NCBI GenBank assembly: GCA_951406725.2
Contig: OX597835.1
Span: 20,584,001-20,648,000, forward strand
Direction of reading: 5' to 3'
Length of the DNA stretch: 64,000 bases
Origin: Octopus vulgaris
Lineage: Eukaryota
Shown here: piece after piece, positions 52,340 to 64,000 of the stretch
How the letters are laid out: every line of letters starts with the position of its first letter
Position numbering within the stretch: the stretch's first letter is position 1
The notes under the pieces: model-generated
What the model saw: the letters and a program-made list of their open reading frames with translations, nothing else
Database searches by the model: none
Told to the model about the DNA's origin: nothing
Made by a program: the position numbers and the translations under genes

Positions 52340-52910
52340 TCTGTTGTGCAGATCAGTTTCAACAACTGCTTTGCTATGTGATATTGGAGCAAAGGGAAAG
52401 GCTCAACATATAAACAATAAACTAGCACTTCAAGGGAGAATTAGAAATATAATTACAGTTCTCCTATCTGTCATCGAAATAATGAAGAACGTCAGAACAA
52501 AGAACTTGCTAAGATACCAAAATCTAGGAAGCTGAAAATATGGCATAAAAAGGATAAGTGAAATCGATGAATTAGTAAAAGAAATCAGGCAAATTACACT
52601 GGCGAAAACAATACATGTAAAGAAGGCTCGAGAAACAATCGAACTTCTTGATGGATAACATTACGTTCCGAAACAATCCTATAAACGTCTACATACAAAT
52701 CGAAAATTTAATATAACTGCTGAAACCACACCCACCATGGAGGAAGATCAAAGGTTTTGGAAATCAATATGCTCGAATCCCAAACAACGCAATCATAATG
52801 CACCCAGAATGCATCAATAATTCAAAGACACAGAACATATTAAAGAGCAAATATGGGAAGATATCACTGTTGAAAGTGATCCAACTGACACTATGAAAAA
52901 TATTAATAAT
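52340..52910 (+). pseudogene. R4/Dong-like pre-RT region remnant
   Basis: PTMEEDQRFWKSICSNPKQRNHNAP and DNITFRNNP resemble the N..F..N...FY / FW..IW....HN..A block, also seen near 33950-34090. Confidence 0.55.
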
Positions 52911-53129
52911 TGCATCAAATTCCAGCACATGGCCGGCAGTTATGAGAGGATGTGGTAGTCAGTTACATCAACAAAGTCTTGATTGATGTTTTATGTAACT
53001 GACAACAGAAGGGTGAAAGAGAAAGTTAGTTTGGGCGAGATTTGATTTCAAATAAGAACAGGAAGGAATGTCACTAGCACTTTGTCCAACGTGCTGTCGT
53101 TCCTGGCAGCTCACCCGCTTGTTAATAAT

Positions 53130-53567
53130 GGTTTCAACGCGTTGGTACAAAGACAAGTGAGATCGAAGAATAGGGCTGGTCCATTACATCAACCAAGTAC
53201 TCATCTGGTACTCATTTTATCGACTCCAAAATGAGGAAGAGCAAATTCGACCCCAGTAGAATTTGAACTCAGAATCTCAGAACAGAAGAATTGCCGCTAT
53301 CTAATTTTCACGGAATGCTGACGATTCCGCCATCTCAAAATTTTAAACAGCAATAACAACAACAAATACAAAACCGACAAGAATCGAAGTAAGTTGCAGT
53401 CTATCTGTTTCTTTAATACCCACAAGGGGTTAAACATAGAGGGGACAAACAAGGACAGACAAACGGATTAAGTCGATTATAACGACCCAGTTCGTAACAT
53501 GTACTTAAGATATCCACCGCGAAAGGATGAAAGGCAAAGTCGACCTCGGCGGAATTTGAACTCAGAG
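53130..53567 (-). mobile_element. Two SINE family C fragments
   Basis: An old copy at 53130-53340 and a younger headless tail-1 copy at 53405-53567. Confidence 0.7.
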
Positions 53568-53979
53568 CTTCATATAATTATGTGTCCTTGCCACATTGAT
53601 GTCAGGCGATGCTTTCTCAGTCAATGATAAAAATTTATTTGAAATATTTTCTAAATTTCAGTGTTGGTCTCATGGATTTACTCTAACCCCTTTCCAACTC
53701 ACAATATTCACTTCAAACACCCGTCAGAGGTTATCTAATTAGAAAACCCTCAAAAGTGCGTAATCAGCTGGACGCCTCTGTAAATATTACCAAGGGACCG
53801 CCTATTTACTTGCTGACTTGGTTACGCAGTTGCTTGTGTTGCTTGTTGCTAACCAAATGGAAATAGTAGTTCGAATAAGAAATAAACGTAAAGAAAATCA
53901 AAAAAATATTTTAATCAAATGCACACTCAGGATGCTGACATGTGAACTGTCTGCACGACAAACGCTTACGATGCGACAC

Positions 53980-54013
<34 letters not shown>

Positions 54014-54121
54014 TGTGTGCCTGTGTATGCGCACATATATAGGTATATATTTGTATATACATAATGCATATATATATGCACTATGTATATACATAAGGCA
54101 TATATATATATGCATTGTATT

Positions 54122-54195
<74 letters not shown>

Positions 54196-54289
54196 GGGGA
54201 AACAGATAGACATGAATGGATGGAAGGATAAATAGATATAGGTATATATACATGCATACACCCACACACACACACACACACACACACAA

Positions 54290-54332
<43 letters not shown>

Positions 54333-54335
<3 letters not shown>

Positions 54336-55153
54336 GGTGCGAAGCGTAAATTGTCTCCATTTTATATTTCTAATATAATTGTCTGCTTTTGATTTTCCCG
54401 ACTACACATTAGATTAGGGTCAGTTGGACAATGTCTGTGAGAAAAGCAGCAACGTGACGCAATTCACTCTGTCGGAAATTTGAAAATGACATGCTGTACC
54501 GCTTGGCATTTTCGCCGAATTCTGAGGACACTTCAACAAAATTTGGAAACAGTTAGATGATTGTAATGGTGATTACGAAGCTCGGAAAAGTCACTGATTG
54601 TTCTGATGAGAAAAGAAGTCCCGAATTTGTTGGTGAGATCGAGGACATGATTCACAACCATTCTTTCAAGTCCATAACCGGGTACGTGAGAGTGTCTGAA
54701 ATTCTTATCAGGCAGGTAGTGCATGAGGACATTCGGCCAATTTTTTTATCCCAACCCAACAAAGACAAGACGAAACAGGAGAAACCAGTCGCGGTTGTCA
54801 GACAATTTCTGCGTCCACATCTGGCTACCTAACTTCCCAGAATGCAAAATCCTTGATTATTATGTGTGGCGCAGTTCAGCGAGAGACCAACAAACTCCGA
54901 GTAACACTAAAGAAGAACTGAACGGAAGGATCATGACAGCATTCACCAATTTGCCGAGGGAGACCGTCCAGTGGAATTTCAGAAGATTCCGAAGTAGTCT
55001 GGAGGCTGTGGTCGAAGCCAACGGCGATTTTTATTGAATAAATTTACTCTTTATATCTTAACGTAATTTTCGCAAATATATCTGTTCAATTGAGATGTCA
55101 GTGTTATTTTCATTCTCGCGTAAATTAAACGACAATTTATTCATCGCACATTG
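54333..55153 (+). mobile_element. Decayed, internally deleted Tc1/mariner element
   Basis: Imperfect TIRs CAGGGTGCGAAGCGTAAATTGTC / GACAATTTATTCATCGCACATTG|TA. The C-terminal WLPNFPECKILDYYVW...RFRSSLEAVVEANGDF is a WPPNSPDxNPLD-like motif. Confidence 0.85.
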
Positions 55154-55542
55154 TATGTATGTATGTGCGTGTGCGTATATATATACATATATATACATAC
55201 ACACGCACACACCGACACTCACGCACACAAACAAACATATATATATGTATATAGATGTACATACGAATGAATTACTGTTCACATACGCTCACAAGTTTCC
55301 CACTCTATGTCTTTCTCTCTCTATTTCTCTCTCTCTCACTTTGTCTTATATATACTAATGCATATATTTGTTTAGATATACATACATATATTCATATGCA
55401 CGTATTTATATATCTGTGTTTGTATATAGGAAAATATGACTATATATTTTCATAATATAAATATACCAGCGAGTGTCTGTTTATTTCTTTGTAATATATA
55501 TACACACACACGCACACACACACAGACACACACAGACACACA

Positions 55543-55617
<75 letters not shown>

Positions 55618-55689
55618 GCATACATATACGTATGTGTGTGTATCTGAACAAAAGCTCATACATATCGCAAACACAAAGAGGCTTTAGTA

Positions 55690-55848
55690 TATGTATGTGT
55701 GTATATTTATATGTATATATATGTAGTATGAATATATATATATATATATGTATATACACATTTACATATATATTTGTATTTGTATGTGTGTGTGTGTTTA
55801 TATATATATATATATGTGTGTATTTATATATATATATATGTGTGTGTG

Positions 55849-55883
<35 letters not shown>

Positions 55884-55910
55884 TTATATACATATATATA
55901 TATATGTAGT

Positions 55911-55941
<31 letters not shown>

Positions 55942-55971
55942 TATATATATATAGTTATATATATATATATA

Positions 55972-56011
<40 letters not shown>

Positions 56012-56068
56012 TTATATATATATATATAAATATATATATACATATATTTATATATATATACATATGTA

Positions 56069-56144
<76 letters not shown>

Positions 56145-56160
56145 GTGTGTATATATATAT
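55690..56160. repeat. Degenerate (TA)n/(TG)n microsatellite field
   Basis: Seen directly; it is the source of the spurious 246-aa ORF. Confidence 0.9.
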
Positions 56161-56943
56161 ATCTGTTTATATATAGGATTATATATTTGACATTAGATTA
56201 TGTATTTGTATGAGCGCCAAACAGTAATCAGTTTCCGAATATGTAAAAAAGGTGTTATCGAGGTTATAATTACAAAGAGGCCTTTACGCTGATCAACACA
56301 TACTTTATCGATGTGCCAATATAATTGATCAGATCTTGTATTGATTGACTTGTCCGATACACACCCACCCTTACATCCTCACTCTCGAATACACATACTC
56401 ACAAACAGACATCTTGTTAGCCAGTTTGTGTTTTCGCTGGTGTGTTCGTATATATGTTTGCATATATTGTAATCTTTTATGAATGAAGAATCGGTCTGTA
56501 TGCTTATGCAAGCTTCATTCCTTACACCTGGCCTCTCCCGAGGTATCTGGTGTATGTAGTTATCCATAAATAACTTTTGTATGAATACACGCTCAGACCC
56601 ATACACATATGTGTGCGTGAGCGCGCTAGTGTGTATCGATGTGGCTATAGTTGTGGCCATATAACGTACACAATATTATACACATCCTCTCTACTTATAT
56701 AATCTTAAATACAGGACATGAATTTTCATAAGAAATGTAGCAAGTAAACAAAGACGGATATGTATATATATATATATATAAATATATATATATACAAGAG
56801 TAAGCACATAGATGCGAAACAAGGTGGATAAAATAATACTCGATTACCAGAGGCATTCAGCAATACCTTAGTTATTAATATGCAGCAGAATTATCACAGT
56901 TTTTGTGATATTTTTGCTACATTTTAATAAAGTATATATACAC

Positions 56944-57018
<75 letters not shown>

Positions 57019-57687
57019 CAAAAGAAGTACCAGGATGTCAGGTAATAATGCAGTACAGCTGTCTCAAGCGGCTCCATTTGACTGGACAATGATATCATTA
57101 CATCAATTTAAATAAGCGCTTTCTTCTGTGGCACAAATATAGATTTTCAACAGACAAGATATATTGAAATGATTTGCATTAAATATTTTAACAGAACAAG
57201 AAGATGGAAGAATTTCATGTTGTTACTATTGTATCAAGATTAATCGGAAATCAATTACTAACCCGAGCCCTATGACCCACACTGTGTCCCCTGTCACTCT
57301 AAAACTTGTAGATATTTTTGCTACAATAGCAACAAACTTAGTAGCATTGCGAGGTGTCTGATACTATTTTGACTTCATGATTTATGCTACATTGTCTTCC
57401 TCCCAGAAATTCTCTTTTCCCAATGTCTTAGTCAAAAGTAACGAGAGACTCCTCTAATACTGGCAGATCAATTTGGTCTATGGATAAGATCTTACCAGAA
57501 CATACTAATGGTAATTAAGGATAGGTTTCACGCCTCACACACTTCCAAAACACCCGATATGAAGCCTCGCTGCCGGATGCAGTTTAATGTTATACGCAAG
57601 ACATACACACGTACACACATTCATACACTTTATATACACACATATATGTATGCAGAAATATACATACATATATATAATATCTATACA

Positions 57688-57864
57688 TACTCTTTTACTC
57701 TTTTACTCTTTTACTTGTTTCAGTCATTTGACTGCGGCCATGCTGGAGCACCGCCTTTAATCGAGCAACTCGACCCCGGGACTTATTCTTTTGTAAGCCC
57801 AGTACTTATTCTATCGGTCTCTTTTGCCGAACCGCTAAGCAACGGGGACATAAACACACCAGCA
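57688..57864 (-). mobile_element. SINE family B 3' half (an older 5' half lies at about 58125-58350)
   Basis: Near-identical to 24978-25140. Confidence 0.85.
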
Positions 57865-57953
57865 TATATATATATAATATATATGCATGTATATATATAA
57901 TATATATGCATATATATATAATATATATGCATGTATATAAATAATATATATGC

Positions 57954-58003
<50 letters not shown>

Positions 58004-58491
58004 GCATTTTGGCTGTTTGTTTCTCTGGAGACTGTCATAATGGTGTAGAGGCCTCTGATAAGAACCTAACAAGATTCGAAAATCGATTAAGTGACCTAAA
58101 CGAACCACCATTTGTCAACCGATGGTAGGGCAAAAAAACCAACACAAAGGCACCCACACACCTATGTATTTCTGTATGTATGTATAAATCGGAGTTTTTT
58201 TTTCTTTTCGTCTACCTTAACCACTCGCCGAGCTTTCATCGGTCCGCAGATAAACTAGAAGGCACTTCAGTTGCAACGCATGTTGATTGAAACGGGAAGC
58301 ATATGGCTGTCAAGCAAATTACCTACCACACAGCCACCGTTGCGCCTCTGAGTGTGAGCGCGCGTGCGTGTATGTGTGTGTGTGTGTATACTCATACAAA
58401 GATAATGCAAGCATTTTATGCACATATGTATGGAACCATCGATGTCCTACACAAATATATGCACAATTAAAAATGTGCACAAACATATTTG

Positions 58492-58522
<31 letters not shown>

Positions 58523-58549
58523 GTATACTTACATATATATGTGTGTGTG

Positions 58550-58580
<31 letters not shown>

Positions 58581-59261
58581 ATACTTACGTATATATGTGT
58601 GTGTATATATATATATATACTTACATATATATGTGTGTGTATACATATATATATATATATATATATATGCATCTATATAAATGTATATCATGTGTGTGCG
58701 TTTGTGTGTGAACTTTATACATAAATATACGAATGATATCCATATTTTCATAGGCCCGTGCGTATTTATCCACATACATATTCATGGGTTGGGACCGCTT
58801 GAATGATTCCTCGGCTTAAAAACCATTGAACCATGTTAAAGGGCTCATTAGTCTATGTAGATTGTGGAACATGTATATTTATATTCTAGCAAATATATTT
58901 ACACAGTGATACGAGATTTCTACATACGAAACCCGTTAGGAATTAATAATCACCAAGTGGGTATACATATTTATATATATGATAATAACCAATACACAAG
59001 GTACCTGAACATACATGTGTGCAAATGTATGTAGACACCCGTAAATTAAAGTTTGAGATTGATGTACCAAAGGGCAATAAAGGCGTGGCTGTTCAAATTT
59101 CAACTATTTAGACATGATTCCTGGTCAAACATGTGTAAATCATAGAAGAAACTTTCAGAAAATATGTTCTGGACTCGAAAGAAACTCCAATAATTTCAAG
59201 AACTTCGCATTTGTATACATACATTGTCGCAAGGATATTTCTATGGTAGTAAGATGTTTGC

Positions 59262-59768
59262 TTCGCAACCACATAGTTCACGGTTCAGAGGCATTGTAAG
59301 GAACCTTGTCAAGTGACTTCCACTATAGCCCCAGATCAACGAATGCCGTCCGAGTGGATTTGGTATTCGAAATTTGAAGAATTGTGTGGTATATGTGTGC
59401 GCGTGTTCTTGAGTATGCGTATTTGTGTGTGTGTGTGTGTGTGTGAGCGGGTCCCTGTAAGTGTGTGCGTAAGTGTTTTTGCCTGTGAACGTGTGTGTGT
59501 GTTTCTGTGTTTCTGTGTGTCCGTTTGTGTGTGTGTGTGAATGTTTGTGCTTATCCTCCGCCACCACTTCACAACCACTGTTGGCTTGTTTACGTCTCCG
59601 TTAACCGGCGTTTTGGCAAAAAGATGCCGATAACTTAAGAGCCACGCTTCAAAAGAAAACCAAGTAGAACGATAAGGACTGGAGTTGATTTGTACGACTA
59701 CAATCTTCAAGGCGTGCCCCAGCATGACCGCAGCCTAATGACTGAAACAAGTAACAGAGTAAAAGAAT
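59262..59768 (+). mobile_element. Old SINE family B with an expanded internal (TG)n
   Basis: Degenerate head and 3' end CAGCATGACCGCAGCCTAATGACTGAAACAAG. Confidence 0.75.
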
Positions 59769-60153
59769 GCATACGTGTGGGAATGTGTATGTATGTATGT
59801 ATGTATAAACAAAAAGAAATAACACAAGGTGACCAGAGCCGTGTATTTGAAGAAGACAGAAGAATAGAACTATACGTAAAACTATAAATCATGAAAGCTT
59901 GGTTTCCGTCTAAAGAGAATTTATCATTTACCATATTGCAAATACGACAAGACCCATACGTAAAGAGGGGGATGTCGTCACGAGCCAAGGGTTCTCCAAA
60001 GTTGGCAAGGTATTCAAGAAAATGACTTACTACCTCGAAACAAGGGAACATTCGTGACAAGGTGTTCTACCCCGGGATAGTTATCATACATATACTTATG
60101 TGTGTGCGTGTGCGCGCACGTGTGTGTGCATGAGTGTGTGTATGTGTTTATTG

Positions 60154-60184
<31 letters not shown>

Positions 60185-60279
60185 CGTATATATACAAAAT
60201 AAGTATATTGGATATATGTTATCCCATATATGTTAAGCCCTATCTCAATTTGTAACTATATGTATATATATATATATAA

Positions 60280-60505
60280 TACAAAATGGGACAAGAACGC
60301 AAAACATCCAAATATACGATACAAAAAGCACGGACGGGTCATTCGAACCCTTTAATCAGTCAAGAACCGGATCATCCTCGGCTGATTAATCTTGAGATTG
60401 CTCCATTCTGGCCGGCCCCAAGATAAACTAAGCTAAGAGCATTAGATTCCTTGGAAAAAGGATCGAATGTATACGGAACAAGGACAGAAAAACGGACGAT
60501 GTTAC
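60280..60505 (-). repeat. Second copy of the 14390-14640 repeat
   Basis: Reverse-complement similarity; abuts (TA)n. Confidence 0.75.
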
Positions 60506-60682
60506 CAGGCGCAATGTGATTCTATACAGAAAAAATTCAATCGTCACTACGTGTGAGTAAAGGTACCGAAACATCAGCATTGCTAGAAATAAGTGTTTAA
60601 ATACATTTAATGCTGTAAAAATAGCGTATATACACACAAACTGTCAGGGGAGATAACTGCTTTATAACCTTCTCGAGGATCA

Positions 60683-60733
60683 ACCCTGGACTAGCTCTAG
60701 TTTCACCCATACCGTAAGGCATCGTCAGAGGTA
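60683..60733 (-). ncRNA. Type I hammerhead motif with an intact core and weakened stems
   Basis: The minus strand reads ACCT CTGACGA T GCCT TACGGTAT GGGT GAAA CTAGAGCTAG TC CAGGGT; the cleavage triplet is GUC. Confidence 0.62.
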
Positions 60734-60786
60734 ACTACTCGAACGGCTCATGGTCGGCCAATTCCTCCAGCCAGTTTATATGTATA

Positions 60787-61182
60787 TCTTTATATATAAA
60801 AGAGAAGTTGTGTGTCTGTCTCCTACGATTTAGATTCCTAACTACTCCCACATTTTGCGGTGCAGTTTAACCAAAACCGGGTATCTTATAGTCGTGATTC
60901 ATATCGAGCCCTTCTGGGTATTAGCGCGCATCTACGATGAGTCTACGATTAAAAAAAAAATTACCATCATTTTTTTCCATTTTAATGCATTTTTTTCGCT
61001 ATTATATAAGGGAAGTAACTCTCTAAAAATGTCTACGATGAGTCAACGATTTAAAAAAAAATTTACCATAATTTTTTCCCATTTTTAATGCATTTTTTGC
61101 TATTTTTTGGCTATAACTCTCTAAAAATGCTTATATATTTATTTCCCTTAGAAACCCGAGCAACACCGGGCGATACTGCTAG
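60787..61182 (+). mobile_element. Non-autonomous Helitron (family of 5776)
   Basis: A|TC...hairpin...CTAG|T; colinear with 5776-6171. Confidence 0.88.
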
Positions 61183-61409
61183 TTTACCATAAAACTTTAT
61201 GGATGGTTTAGGGAAATACTAATACGTATACTAAATATTAATATAAACAGACAGGAGCAATGTGATATTACAAAGGATAAATTGAATCGTCATTAATATG
61301 TCTAAGGGAGGTGAAGCACCTATTTTGCTAGAAATAGAAGTCAAAATAATCTTAATGTTGTAAGAAGAGTGCAAGTATATTCATATATGTGTGTGTGTGT
61401 GTGCATGTT

Positions 61410-61781
61410 GTGGAGGCGCAATGGCCCAGTGGTTAGGGCAGCGGACTCGCGGTCATAGGATCGCGGTTTCGATTCCCAGACCGGGCGTTGTGAGTGTTTA
61501 TTGAGCGAAAACACCTAAAGATCCACGAGGCTCCGACAGGGGATGGTGGTGATCCCTGCTGTACTCTTTCACCACAACTTTCTCTCACTCTTACTTCCCG
61601 TTTCTGTCGTACCTGTATTTCAAAGGGCCGGCCTTGTCACTCTCTGTTCCCCGAGAACTACGTTAAGGGTACACGTGTCTGTGGAGTGCTCAGCCACTTA
61701 CACGTTAATTTCACGAGCAGGCTGTTCCGTTGATTCGGATCAACCGGAACCCTCGTCGTCGTAACCGAAGGAGTGCTTCCA
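61410..61781 (+). mobile_element. SINE family A, tail type 2, full length
   Basis: Head GGAGGCGCAATGGCCCAGTGGTTAGGGC; the tail ends in GGAGTGCTTCCA. Confidence 0.92.
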
Positions 61782-62025
61782 TATAGTGTGTGTGTGCATG
61801 TGTATGTGAGTGTATACACACGCGCACAGAAAGACACACATATATGAATGTAAACGTGGAGGAGATGAAACAGGGAAAACTAAAGAAGGGGAATATTCTT
61901 TGTGTTGTATGTCTTGTAATATTTTTTTCGTTGTTTGAAAAAAATATTTCGTTTCTATGTTTTTTGTTTTTATGTCTTTGCTTCTCATTGTGTTCAACGT
62001 TTTTTTTTTATGTCCTGTACCCAAA

Positions 62026-62081
<56 letters not shown>

Positions 62082-62138
62082 TGTAGGTATGTACATATAT
62101 GTATATATGCATATATTTATATGTTATTTATATTATAT

Positions 62139-62664
<526 letters not shown>

Positions 62665-62771
62665 TGTGTCTGTATGTGTGTGTATCTTTGTGTAATGTAG
62701 GGAGAGAGACAGACAGAGACATAAAATGTATGTCTGGATACACGCTTACATATACACGTACCTAGAATACG

Positions 62772-62819
<48 letters not shown>

Positions 62820-63208
62820 CATACACATATTTTTGCGTGAATGTGTTATAATACATACACATATATCATTGGGGGAGAGAGAGGTTGATAACGAGAGAAA
62901 AGTAGTTAGAATCTGTTAGAAGTTTCATTTTCGTTTCGTTCATACATTTATACTAATTAACACAACATAATATCATTTAATTAATTAATTTACCTTTAGA
63001 TTCTGGTAAATTCGACATGCAATCTAAAATTGATTACATGATTGTGACTGGAACCAGTGCTGTGACTAGTCTATGAGATATAATCGTCTGTTTATGGCAA
63101 TGTAAGGCGGTATAGCACACACATACATACAAAAAACGTAAGTAGAGATATACGTAGAGGCAGTAGGCTAAACTATTGCAAAGAGTTGGCTGAAATGTTT
63201 ACTGAGTG

Positions 63209-63531
63209 GCACAATATTTGGAGGGAAAATCACAGCATAGGAGATTGGTCTCATATAACACTAAAAACATTGGTAAATTCCTGGTAACGCACGCACACTC
63301 AGATGTGTGTATGTGTGTGTGTGCGTATATAAAACGTGCGATGGATAAATTGCCGCCATTTCCTATTTTCAATTTCGTGCATTGTTTCTTTTTGATTTTG
63401 TCGACTACACAGTACAGTAGGGTCAGGTGAGAGAAGCACAATATTTGGAGGGAAAATCACAGCATAGGAGATTGGTCTCATATAACACTAAAAACATTGG
63501 TAAATTCCTGGTAACGCACGCACACTCAGAT

Positions 63532-63568
<37 letters not shown>

Positions 63569-63674
63569 CGTATATAAAACGTGCGATGGGTAAATTGCCG
63601 CCATTTCCTATTTTCAATTTCGTGCATTGTTTCTTTTTGATTTTGTCGACTACACAGTACAGTAGGGTCAGGTG
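63209..63674 (+). repeat. Tandem duplication of about 225 bp that includes a Tc1/mariner left end
   Basis: 63209-63429 and 63436-63674 are nearly identical apart from (TG)n length. Confidence 0.92.
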
Positions 63675-64000
63675 GGCACCTTATGAGAGATAAACGGCAC
63701 AATTACCCGATACACTCTGCCAGAAATTTGGAAAAGACATGCTGAAATCTTTAGCCTTCACGCCGGAATCTCCAATGCGAACGTTTCAGAGAGTTTGTGT
63801 GTCAATCTTAGGACAGTCCAATCTGAGAATATGGACCGATTGTGATGAAAATCAAACATCCAATAAACATCATGATGTTTCGAGTGATCACTAGTGATGG
63901 CACCGTTACGCCAGCAATCATCTATCCACGCGGCCTCACATTCAACAGGAAGCCCTACAGTTAGTGCCTGAAGGAGGTAGTGCTGCCGTGTGTCAACAGT
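63575..64000 (+). mobile_element. Decayed Tc1/mariner element related to 54333-55153, running off the window
   Basis: TIR-like GTGCGATGGGTAAATTG; transposase remnant VMKIKHPINIMMFRVITSDGTVTPAIIYPRGLTFNRKPYS*CLKEVVLP. Confidence 0.8.

Noticed and set aside
61410-61490. tRNA gene (also the heads at 746, 7648 and 46319)
   Set aside because: A/B boxes are present but they run into SINE bodies, some with TSDs, and no clean cloverleaf or terminator is visible.

Overview
AT-rich, repeat-saturated eukaryotic non-coding DNA. The microsatellite load and SINE repertoire suggest an octopus (coleoid cephalopod) genome; this is inferred, not verified. I can support no host protein-coding exon, tRNA, rRNA or CRISPR array, and nearly all listed ORFs are (TA)n/(CA)n/(AAT)n translations or SINE read-throughs. 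The window holds about 30 SINE copies from four tRNA-head or modular families (my labels A-D), four non-autonomous Helitrons and a young MITE with an 8-bp TSD. It also holds decayed mariner, Tc1-like and piggyBac transposases, R4/Dong-like, RTE and Penelope retroelement remnants, several minisatellites and many palindromes. Four signals stand out. (i) An apparently intact type I hammerhead ribozyme at 19593-19653 (-), plus about five decayed, sequence-distinct hammerheads in Penelope-type fragments next to (TA)n tracts. (ii) An unclassified GC-rich, structured 448-bp element with identical 111-bp terminal direct repeats (49635-50082). (iii) A 317-bp near-perfect palindrome with nested hairpins (44517-44833). 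(iv) A head-to-head SINE pair sharing private mutations. Coordinates of decayed elements are approximate.
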